From Lingula anatina (taxonomy: Eukaryota; Animalia; Brachiopoda), in the NCBI GenBank assembly GCA_051362555.1, contig CM120640.1:36103967-36167966 (forward strand): a stretch of 64,000 bases of DNA, given 5' to 3'. The position numbers and the translations under genes are program-made. This document shows, one piece after another, positions 22,158-34,272 of the stretch. The first letter of the stretch is position 1. Every line of letters begins with the position of its first letter. Below the pieces are notes generated by a model. It had not been told where the DNA came from, ran no database searches, and worked only from the letters and a program-made list of their open reading frames with translations.

Positions 22158-25100
22158 ATGCCTTCTGCCGCTGCGAAGAGCGACGTTAAGCCCGTTTTTG
22201 AGGGCGACAGCCCCATCAAAGCTGCACTTATCGTTGTGGATAAGAAAGTTAGAAACCTGGAAAAGAGGAAGGTAAAGCCAATTCGATCGATTATGCCTTT
22301 AGTCACATAATTGACAATTTTTAAATGAGGTGTAGTAGACGATGGTTTTGGAATGAATGAAGTGAAAGACGTAAGACCAAAAAGAAGTTGAAAAACGTTG
22401 AGTAACAATCGGGAAAATTTTAATGTTTTGATGTAAAAATCTTACAAGTGCTGATGACGTTGCCCTTAGATCGGATGTATGCCCTTTTGGCTTTATTTAT
22501 TCGAAGGTTTGTAATTGTAAGGGGTTGGGAACCAGGATATGAAAAATGCAAAATGGCGGATGCGGACATGTGCTCGTTCGATCTGTCATCTCTCAGTGGA
22601 CAGACACTCGAAGTTGATTCGAAAAACTTGAATATGTATTGAAGCCAATTTTGTTGTCACTGTTGACTGTTCACTGCATCATCTTCCGATCAGACTGAAA
22701 TGTCACCCTGTCACTTGATCAGAACACACTGCTGAGTCAGCCTTTGTTTACGATTCATTTACATGACGTAGTTCTAGTTAATAAGGTGAAATGAAATTGT
22801 TACTGCTAAATATATCTCCAACTGCGGCTCTTGCTGTTCACTGTAATTGCCATAGCTTGTAATTGAAGTAATGGGTATGGTGTGGTTTATGTTGATTTGA
22901 AGTTTATAAAGATTTTTAGCAAGGCTATATTTGAAGTTAAAGCAGGCTACAAGGGGTGTTTTAAGGTCATTTTGTTTAACATCAAAAGTGTGTTGACAAG
23001 ATCTTAATGGTCACTGTTGTTTGTAACTGTGTAAGAGAAATAGTTGTTTGTAATTGATTATTACATTGTGAAAAGAATATCTAACTATATTTTATGTTGA
23101 TTATTAAATTACAGGGCAAGCTAGATGGTTACCGTGAGAAATACAACAATGGAGAAACGCTCAATGAAGACCAAAAGGTTGGTATTGGTTTCTATTTGCA
23201 TTTTTTTGTGCTTGTCCCTGTCTATAGTGATATTTAGATGCATATCTGATATTGGTTAGTTCTTTTGGTTGTATTGTAGGTTTATTTTATGCTATGACTA
23301 CTGTAAAGTCTGAAGTGATTTTAAATTTATTGACAAACCATTTTTAAACAGTGAAAATGAATTCAAATATTTAACTATAATTTGTTTATTAAATGACCAT
23401 ATAACATTCCTCTTCCCTGCAAAGTCCTGTCACCTGGACTAAAAATACAGCTTGATATGAATAATAAGAATTAGATTAATAGATAATTGTCTTTCTATCT
23501 AAAAATGCATGAAACAATTCAACTAAACTTACTTGGTTCGTTTAAAGTTTTTTTTATTCTTGAGTGTTTTTGATTTTGACATTAAGACTTCCTCTCCCTA
23601 TATACAGAATGTGCACTAACACAAGCATGGTGTCTTCTACAATTTACTAATGGAAACTGTTATATTAATGAATTACCTGAAGTTAAGCTATCTTCTAATG
23701 GCTTCCCACGCAGACAGACTTCCAAACTGCCGCATTATTGAAAGTCGGTGAATTTACTAGTATTCATCTTAATTGTAATTGAAACTTCACGTTTAAATTA
23801 CATCTCACAGAATTTTTCCTTTGTTAATACAATTTAGGTACATAGGGTAAGGAAATATCTGGGTGTTAATTTCATCACATTGAAGATGGCACAACTCATT
23901 ATTTTTTAAAAAATCATACAGGTTAATAAACATAACACATTTTACAATATTTATGTACAGCAATCAAGCAAATTTTATTAGATCCTGGTTATCTTAAAAT
24001 TAGTACATGTACATGTGGGATTGAAAATTGTCACATCATGTGGTAGGCTTGATCAATTTGACTTAGACCCCATTCCCACAGATTTTAGATTGATCTATCC
24101 CTGTGGAGAGTCCATTAGATTGCTGTCAGCTTTGCCAGCTTAAGCGGCTGTCCCGCCTACTAAAAGCTGTAAGGGAGTAATTAAATGTCGTGCCCGCTCG
24201 GCTGACTGCAATTTAGCGTGAACCTCCTGGGAGTTAGGTCGATCCAGAGGATCGATCTAAATCTATGGGAATGAACTCTTAATTTGTTCCAATCAAAGCT
24301 AAGTTAAGACACCATGTTTTAAGTAGTTCACATGTCGTGATGTCATCAGTTTTTTCTTCCACAGAAAAACAAAATTAAATATTATTTTGAAACTCTATGA
24401 AAATGTAGTGAGAAAGCCCTCCTCTTGTGCACACAGTCTTGCAAGAGCAAAAGCTATTGGTCAGCTAACAACTCAATGAAACACTGTCGACTAATGAAAA
24501 TAGGCAAAGGATATTAAGCAAGGGAAGGTGATGAAAGATGTCCATGGCCAAATGCAAATCGAAAGTGAGGTTTTGATGACATATTGATAAGGATGTAAAA
24601 TTAAATCTCTGTTCTTTTGTTTAAATTTTTTTCTTTTGCCTGGTCAGACAAGCATTCAGGCAAGTGGACTTGCCCAAAATCAGTATGTTCTCACTCTGGG
24701 CAATCTTTTTTGTCAAGGCCTGTTCCTACTGTTAATGTAGCCAAATGTATTAAACATCAAAATTGAATTTTCTGTCCTAGGTGCGGAATGTATGAAAGCC
24801 TGCTAACTGGAGTACCTCAGATGACACAGCCCTTCTAGATCACACTATCGATGTGATAATCAATGCTTTTTTTTTGTAATGAAACTTTCTGTGGAAGTAC
24901 ATGTTTGATATCTAGTTTTTTTTATTTCTTTTGTTTTATTACCTTAGCATTGCTTATTGCAGTGTTGTGCATAGATTGTCTCTCAGAATTGATGCAGATG
25001 TAAATAATCAATTCCTGACTTTTATATAATATTTTGACAGCTAATGGTGGTGGAATATTGAAGGACAGGCCATTTATTCTTATTACATATTAGTTTATTG

Positions 25101-28100
25101 CATGTAGTTAAATAAGAAACATCACACATTATGTTTTTCATTTTTCATTTTCATTTATGTTTTTCATTTCATATGAAATGTTTGCATACTGGGGCAACAG
25201 AGTGAATTACAAGTCCATGTATTCATTTGCTATTTCAGGAAGCCATAGACAAGTATGATTCTGTGATCATCAATCTGGAGTTTGCAAGGGACCTGCAGAA
25301 ACAGTTTATGCAAATTCAGGCGGAGGTAGGATCCGTGTCTTCAAATAAATGAAATTCCCAGTTCTTCAGAATATAAAAATAAACGTTGCTTTATCATTAT
25401 TGTTTTGATTATTGAGTTGTTTTTTTGTACCCAAAAATCCAATTATGGAAATGTTAATTGTATTGTTAATTGTATTGTTTAAAGTATGATCTTATTGTAC
25501 CTTGTTTCAGTCTGAAAAGATGCTGAAGAAGCAACAGAAGCGTGAAAAGGGTGAGAAGCAAGCACAAGAGGCACGGCGAATGCGTGAACTTTTACATCTT
25601 CAGAACGTCTTGGACAACATGGGGTCTGAAGCTGTGAGGCAGGACTTTAAGGAAGGGAAAAGAGGCGCAGTGGTTAGTATCTTTGAAACTTGGGACTTTA
25701 GTGAAAAAGTGACTTGACCACGATGTAGAACCTTGTAGAGAGCTGGTATTATTTGAAATATTGGACAGTCTGCATTTTATCTTTCAAATATCTCCATCTC
25801 AGATAGTTTCATAAAATTCTAGTAGAACCTTCCCTCACAAATATAATACCAAAAATTATAAATTCAAATTTACATTGAATTTAAATGCTTTCATATGATT
25901 TTATTCAATTGTTCCAGGTTTTGACTGATGAGAATCTTAACCATCTGGACGAGCTGTTCAAGTTAATCAGTCCAACCAGAGAGGGAGAGACCAGGTGAGA
26001 AATTTGCATGGGTCATCCTGAAAGTTATGCGTTTGGTTGTATCCATTTTCATTAAGAAGATGGAATGCAATCATGTTAAAATTGACAATTTTTTACCAGC
26101 AATACAGTGCACGTAAATGTCATTCTTTCAAACAGTCAGATTTCAAATTTGAATTGAAAAATGGCAGATATAAATATCACGTAACATAAGGCCAAGTTTG
26201 ACAAGTGGTCAGTTTAACTTTAAAGTCGAACAAACCAGAAGCAAGTCCTTGAATATTAAGCACTAAGCAATCCTGTGCTGCTTCAATCTTTCAAGTTATG
26301 AGAAACAGCTGAATGAAGCCTCTGAACACATTGTAAACCTGCTGGATGCCAAGGACAAGCCAGTCTTGGGGACCACCTACAAGGCTCTGAAAGAACTCCT
26401 GAGCAAGATTGATGGCTGTGGCTATTTTACCAACCCCCCTGCTGAAGAAACGGCAGACCAGCAAGACAATGGTATGGATTTGTCTCTAATTAAGTACACT
26501 GAAAAGACATACATAAAATAGCATTAAAACCAATTTTTATTTTGAAAGGGGGAAAATATTAAAATTTAAAAAAAAGTAGAACAGCTTTACTCTGAGAGTA
26601 GAACAGCTTTACTCTGTGTGCTATGGTTAAAACTGACCTAATATAGCAGAATTTTGATCAGGTTTCATGATAAATTCCAGCTTCTGAGGACAGCAGCGGA
26701 AACAGTGAGGAGTATGTGATGGTGAAGACGGATGAAGTCCCTGATCAGAGTTCCTCTGAGGTGCGTATGACTTCCCTGCCTCAGGACAGTGCAACCCATC
26801 CTCCTCAAACCCAGCAACCCCCACAGACCCAGCAGCAAGGCAACGGAACAAACATGGTGGGCATCTCATTCTATACTGAAACCCCCTCCCAAGAAGCCAT
26901 GACTGCAGCCGTTGCTGCAGCAGCGTATCAAAATCAGCAAAGGCCATTCCAGGAGATTGTGTCGTCGGTTCAGGGCACGTACGACTTTCTCCAGGAATCC
27001 CAGATTGAGCCAGACTCCCCCCATGTGGACCCAGCAGTTGTAGCTGCTCAGCCCATGGTGCCAAAGATTCCTCATCCACAATCACAGACAGGTAAGTTGC
27101 TGTTGAAGGTCAGATAGTCATAAAACAAAATATAAAATGCCACTCAGGCATGGAACTTCAAATGTGAAACACATTTTTTGTGCGTGGGTCTTTCATTGTG
27201 ACAAAGGTGTATTTATGTTTATGGGGCTACACCTGAAGTTTTGAATATGTTAGATGACCAATGATCTTCTTGAGCTCTAATGACCAGTTTTTCCTTTCTG
27301 TAGTTCTTGGATAAAAATTTTTTTTCTGCAATATTATAGATGGCAGTGGTCTCTCCTCACAGTCTTGGGGTGACCAGGCCGATCATCATAGCGAACAGCT
27401 GCAGGAACAGCAGCAGCAGCAGTATTTCCAGTCAGAATCAACACAACCACAAAAACAAACATTACAAAGTCAGCAGCAATCCAGCTATGACACGTCTGCC
27501 TATGGCAGTCAGGGCTATGACATGATGTCACAAAATGCGCCATCCTCCTACGGCAGCACTGGCCTGGAACATACACACATGAACTTGAATGACGGAGATA
27601 GAACGCTGCCTGATGTGCCCCCTAGTATTCCTTTACCAAACCAGACGACCCTCACAGATCAACAGGCTGACGTAAGTAATATGTGAGATTAAAGAGTATG
27701 ACTGGCACTGTTTTAAAAATTTTTAAAACAAATATGAATATTTGGAAAATTGGTCAGTATATTAATACCATTGCTATTTAAAAAATAAGTATTGATGCCA
27801 AACATGGGAATATTTCCAACTTGTTCGATTGGGCATTGGATCATAATTTTTTCTTTAGACAAAAATACCAGACTCTACTGCTCATTTTCCATCCATGTTG
27901 CTTCCAGGAGAAGAAGACATTCACAATGAACGCCAGTGCCCCTGTATTCCAGTCTATGTATACTCAGGCTCCAGCAGCTCACACAGAATCCAGCAGCATT
28001 GCTACCACAGTGGATAGCATGGGACAGCAAGACATGACGTCAGACTATAACTGTAAGGACATGGATAGGTGGTTTTAATGAGTAGTGTGAACTGAAACAG

Positions 28101-29686
28101 ACATGGACTTTTTCTATGTAATAGCAGAATTCCAAGATTTGGAGTTGAATTCTGATAGAGCCGAAACTGACCCCTGGCTGAATAAGTGTAGGACTAAACA
28201 TTTTTTTTGAAAACCCAGAATGAGTTAGTTGGGTCTAGCTAAGTTGACCCAACTCCACCGGGACTCTCACTAAAAGATTGGCTTTGAAGCTGATGAAATA
28301 TTCCAGTTAACATTTACAGTAGTCACTTGTCTATGTTTATGTCTAACTGACTTGTGAAGTCATTTTAATGCAGAAATTTTTGTGAATTGTTTGACATGTT
28401 TCTTGACATATTGTTAAATATCTTTTAATGTCTTGGTATCGTAATTATATTTTAAAATATGAAGGGAAAGAATCATTCCTATTTTTAGTTTTACTAGTAA
28501 ATTATTCATTTTCCAAGCAGCAGGTGGCTATTCACGGAATCAGTTCAATGGCTATGGTGGACGTGGTGGCTCAAGAGGTGGACCACGTGGAGGACGAGGA
28601 ATGAACTCTGGATACCGTGGTGGTAGAGGTGGCCCCCCTTTCAATTCAAGAGGGGGTTTCCGGGGAGGAAGAGGCGGAGGAGAATCGAGGGGAGCAAGGG
28701 GTAAGTCATTCTTTAACTGCAGACTTTTTCTGACATTTGTGGCTTTGGAAGAAGTGATGATTGCCTTGTTGGTGACCATGTTAAAAATGTTTGTCTTCAG
28801 TGTACTAATAGATATTTTGCTAAGAGTAAGGAGAGAAAAATGTGTGCAGTATGTGCTTTTTCTTTTTCCTGTTCCCTGGCATTTTGCTTCACTAATCAAT
28901 AGGAATAAGAGGAGGAGGTGGGAGTGCTTATTTTGTTTGAGCACGCAAATCATTGGCCCAATGCCACACTGTACCTCACAAAATATTTTCTACCTATCAG
29001 TTCTGGGTGGAAGGCTCTCACAAAAATGCTTCAGTTTGCTTTGTTTCTCCTGTTATGAAGTATGAGATGTGATTTTCACAAATATATTTTTTTGGGGGAA
29101 ATTTGGTATCATGTTAGTCCTGTTTAATTCCCATTGCCCCATTTTATCCAGCATATGAATTGTCCAAAGTATGTAAGTTGTCCCAACTGTTTTTTCAGAT
29201 TTTCAAGGTCTGTTTCTAACCTATCAGAAACCAACTGAATGAATAAAGAAGCTGAAGCTTTGCCTTTTCCTTTGTGATGAATACCATTTGCTTTCTTTCC
29301 ACCTGTTGATCTCTTGCATTGAATAATCTTTCTGATTTGTCTAGGTTTGAGTAAGACAAAAAAAAAAAATAATATACTATATTTTAAAAACCCTATCGGT
29401 TTTGCCCCCCCCCCCTTTTCCCCCTGATCACCTGAGCATGCTGCGTGTTAACTGTGTGCTCCTCTGTGATTTGTAGGCACATATCATGGCTACCCGCCTC
29501 GTAGCAACTACAGGCCTGAAGGATACCAGGGAGTGAATGGTGGGTTGGACACTTATAACAAGCAAGGCAGTGGTGCACACAGGGGTGGAGGTGCGTGGGA
29601 GCACTTGGGCAATATGGAGTTTCCATTTAAAAAAAAAAAAAAAAAGAGTTGAAAGAGGAAGCTCTTGGTGTTAGGGATGGAATTCT

Positions 29687-29734
<48 letters not shown>

Positions 29735-30578
29735 TGGGATATAAATATTGATTATCAAAATATGTCCCCTGAGAACAGCAGTTGATAAAGGAAGCTTTTG
29801 ATTTTTCCTTTTTGCATGTTGGATTTTATTGAATTTGTTTTGAAAAATTTAAAAAGGAAAGGACCTCTATGTATTTATATATATAACCATTTTGTTGGCA
29901 CATCCTGTCTATGTTAGCTTAGATTTGCAGCAGATATGGTAGATACTTCAGATTGGAGAGGCAAGTTGGTGGGCTGAGATGTTCCCAGTTTTTATTTGCT
30001 TAATGTTTAAGTATTTTATATGTTTGTCTTGTTTGCAAAAAAGATGCATTGATTTTTAAAAAATGTTTTTATATGAATAGCATGGATGCTATGATATGTT
30101 CACAGATATGTTATTTACAACAGGCAGTATTGTTATATATTATAGTGCTAATGAATAACACTTGAGATTGAAATGTCACAGAACTTAGTCCCAAGTCAAT
30201 TTAAGATTAATATTGTATGGAGTGTGGTGTAAAGGTGGGAGTTGTAGCAATAAATGCTACAGATGATAATTGAGACGTCATAACTAAATTGTTATTGGGG
30301 AAGGGATAATGGTGGTGAAAATTACAATAATGATAATTCTGAGTAGATGAACTAGATCGGTCAACACAGTCTGCCCTTTTTGTTAACCAGTCCTTCCTGT
30401 AAATGTAGAACATTAACATAAGTTTGCTTTTTTTTTCCTTTTTGTTTACATTTTCTCTGGTATTTCAGGATACAGAGGTGGACCCCGTGGTGGTAGTGCA
30501 GGAAGAGGGGGAAGGGGAAATTATGGCGGAAAATCCAACAGCTATGGTGGGTCAACACCTCCACAAGTGGCAGCATAA
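22158..30578 (+). CDS. CAPRIN1: Caprin-1-like RNA granule protein
   Basis: Exons 22158-22271, 23115-23177, 25239-25325, 25511-25672, 25918-25994, 26296-26471, 26681-27091, 27340-27671, 27908-28052, 28518/21/24-28700, 29477-29590, 30469-30578. HR1 motif VDKKVRNLEKRKGKLDGY...LNEDQKEAIDKY...NLEFARDLQK, G3BP-binding-like YDFLQES, MNASAPVFQSM and C-terminal RGG boxes. Confidence 0.93.
24066..24278. mobile_element. 213-bp PIF/Harbinger (Tourist-like) MITE, copy A
   Basis: TTA on both flanks (24063-65 and 24279-81), imperfect TIRs. Colinear with 45755-45967. Confidence 0.8.
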
Positions 30579-31388
30579 CAAGAAGCAACAACAACAAATA
30601 TTAAGTCTCGAATTTGAAAGTCCAGTAAAAAAGAAAACAACAACAGCAGGAGAATAGTGTGGTGTTAGAGACAGCTTTCTCCTTTTAGAGCTTGGATGTT
30701 TGGAGTATGAAGGAACGTACTCCTCTAACTTTTCAGTTTGAGGCTAAAGATCAGCGAAGTTAGAAGGCAAATTTCAAGAGCAACAACAAAGTTGGAAGAA
30801 AAAAAATATTAAAAAAAAAAAAACAAAAAAAAAGTATTTGTCATGACCAATAGGGAAAGTAAAAACAAGACTATCAGACCCAAGTGGATTGCTTGATCTA
30901 GAGTCATCTCAGCAACAGTGTTTTGGTTCTATAAGTATAACTAACAACTTAACTGTGTTGTTCGTAAGTATATATTTAAGAAAGCATGAAATCCCAAACT
31001 GGGAATTTTCAGTTAAGAGAAAAAAAAAGTAAAAAGCAGAAAAAAAAGAGAAAAACCCACTGATGTGACAGAGCACTTTGTTATTTAGCTGTGTTTCCTC
31101 AGGATAACAATCTGTTGCAGCGGTTCTTTTACTACATCCACTCCATAGATGCTTGAAAGCTATGTTGATAATTTGCTTAGGGGATTGGGGAAGGGGGTGG
31201 GACCTGTACAGAGTTGGACTGTGGCAGAGCATCTTTTGTAAACTAATTTTTAGGGTTCCTTGTCAAAGGCAGTATGTTAGGTATCATATATCGGATGTAT
31301 TGCGGATGTAAATTTAAAGTGATGGTCCTGTCTTTATTTGCTCCCATCTCTGCTTTTGTATGTGCATACTCAGATGTTTATAGAAGCC

Positions 31389-31394
31389 AAATAA
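31389..31394 (+). terminator. Putative Caprin polyadenylation signal (AATAAA)
   Basis: AATAAA ~0.8 kb after the stop codon, followed by a GT-rich tract. It is duplicated at 43775-43780. Confidence 0.55.
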
Positions 31395-33616
31395 ATTCTC
31401 TCAGTAAAATATGTGTGGCTTTTCTCTGTAACAATCTCTGAAAAGATTATAAAAAATAAATAATAAAAAAAAATAACTAACTTTGAATGTTGGAATGAAT
31501 TAATTTAACATTGGTAAATGTGAGAAAATCGTCATTAACTTCACCAAAATGAGAAGTTTTTATCCCTTTTATCAAAACTTGACTAGAAATGTTGCAGTAT
31601 GTCATGTCGATTTAAATTGGATATATAAAAATCTCTATTCGGTGAGATGGGGATGTTTGAATAGACAACTTTTTAGAAGCCTTTACCTTTGATTCGCCTT
31701 TTACCTTGCCTCGGTGAATGCATTTGTTTTCAGCTGTGGATTTTTTAAAACTCGTGGGTACATCACTTAAAAGTCGGCTGGTCCGACGAAGTGGAATATG
31801 CTACCAAATGAATCGACTGAAAATTTTAAAGGAGTTGAGAACAGCTTTTAGGAAATTTTATTATTAATTACCTTAATTGAAATTGTTTTTATGTGAGAAT
31901 TGGGCACGTGATCAGATTTTATATGGCGGTCAGTTGGTGTGTCTTGACTTTTTTCGATCTGCGTAGACTGCTTGCCCAATTCCTTCCGATAACAACTGAG
32001 AATTAAGACCCATGCACTCATTCTCTCTATATACAATGTAGGTCCATTTGAAGAAAAGTGATATCGGCAATTATCTAACGGTTATAGGTGCAAGTTATTA
32101 ACCTGAAGAGGCGGAATATAAGCAATCTTAGAATATCGATACAATTGAATTGTTCAGTCAGAACAGTGCAAAGGGTCTGGTCTCAAAAATCTGGTTAATT
32201 TTTTGTGAAATTTGATGTTAATAAAATGATACCAGGAGCATATCATTCCACAGTCATTTATCTCCCCCATAGTATTGGCTCAGTAGAGGGTGACACTTCT
32301 ATTGTCCAGTGTGTGTATCTTTAACTGTCGCTTTGGATCTTCTACTGTGTTGACATGGAAATAGGGCTACACTATACCAGATCTCTCAAAGGCCATTCAG
32401 AACAAGCTTATCCGCGGACTAACAAATCTGCGGACTTCATATGACCGACTCATTTGAAACAAGCGAAACAAACTAATTTCATGATGGCTTCCCCGCCTCT
32501 ACACGCGCCGTCGCTGCAGGGGCCTTGCAATAAAACCTCAGAGATGTGGTTTAATCCGTTAAATGGCGCGTGCAGAGACGGGGAGACCATCAGAGGATTG
32601 ATCGGCGTTGCTTTGAAGTCCAGTTGGCCATATTTAGTCCGCGGATCATCTGTTCTGAATGGTCTCTTAGACTCGTTCTTAAACGTCACAAATAGGATCA
32701 CTGACCAAGTATTGTCACAACTTATAGTAAAAACCATTGTCACGACAATCACCACTTGCTCTGGAAGCATATAAAAATGGTCGCAAATCGAGCTGAACAG
32801 ACTATCTAGATTTTGTTAACTGGATAGATTTCGACTCAAACAAGCCCATGTCCATAGAGACTCCATAATTTGAATAGATGGACACTTGTTTCATACATAG
32901 GTGTAGAAACATCGGCAGCCCTGATCGCAGGAAGCAGGGCATGGTTGTGGTGATGGGGTGGTAGTAGGTGCTCCGTCCACCGTTTATGTCACTTACATAT
33001 TGCGTTGGGGCTCGACTCCAGACAACATATTTCCAACTTCATGTTGGCCCTACATAATATCCTTTGATACTCCCTCGCTTTTTCTTTTTATGATGCTTAG
33101 CCCTTCACAGAAAATTGCTTTCTTCGCGGCTGCTATCGCGTTCCCTTTTTTCTCCCTTTTTGGATTCAGTTAATAATGTATCTGAGGTTTATTTTAAATC
33201 TAGACATGTTAAGTTCTATTTGTTGAGTGCAACAAAGCACAAGCTGGTCCAAAGAGTATTCGAGAAAGCTACAGAAATTTGAATACTTTTTTACGTATTT
33301 GGAATGCGGAAGTTTGTATTAGCTACAGCTTAGTCAGTCGATGTTGAAAAAAACTTTTCTTTGTATCAAGTCTTCGTAGCCAATGAAATTTCGCCCTTGG
33401 AAGACAGATTTGAAAGGTGACAGGTAAAAGGAAACCCTCTTTCCATTTTTTCATTGAAATTCGATGACTTTTTGAATAGAACTAGGGGCTTGCATGAAAC
33501 GTCCTTTATACTCCTGTATGGGGTATGTACAGTTGTGCATACATCCGTGTTGGTCTTTTAAATATATGAAAAGAGTACCTTTGACAGTAAAACACGACCT
33601 TTGCAAAGTTTCATTA

Positions 33617-33669
<53 letters not shown>

Positions 33670-33781
33670 GGAGTAAATCTGCACCAAGTTAAAAAAAACA
33701 TCAACGGAGCTTGTCAATCTGACACGTAAATGTTGGAACTTCCTGAAAAGATTAGTGATTATTTGGCGCCCTTGGTCAGAC

Positions 33782-33863
33782 ATGGAAGGCGGTCTTGGCA
33801 GCCAAAGATATGGAAAGATTATTTTCCTAGTCCTCACAGTTTTTAGTGTTTGGTCAGCAGGTG

Positions 33864-33915
<52 letters not shown>

Positions 33916-34222
33916 CTTAGACTTAAATTTGAAGAACAATCGATAGGTAAGAATTCTAAATAACATCTTATATATTTAAGGGTCCAAATATTGACTTTTC
34001 CGAAGTCTAGAACTGATCTGTAACATGAACAAGAATATATGAAATAATTGCTAAACAATTAGGATAAACTTGAGACATAAGTCCTCATGGTAATTTCAAA
34101 ATCTATAGTTAACACTTTGAATTCAACAGAGAATTAAGTGGATGGTTTTGAAACTATCGTATAATATTTTAACAGAAACATACAATTATTGATTATGGAT
34201 GTCTATAAGGTGTCTCTCGACA

Positions 34223-34272
<50 letters not shown>

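Noticed and set aside
26575-26616. Short direct duplications (20 bp here; 12 bp at ~25452; 18 bp x3 at ~55945)
   Set aside because: Ordinary slippage products with no further structure.
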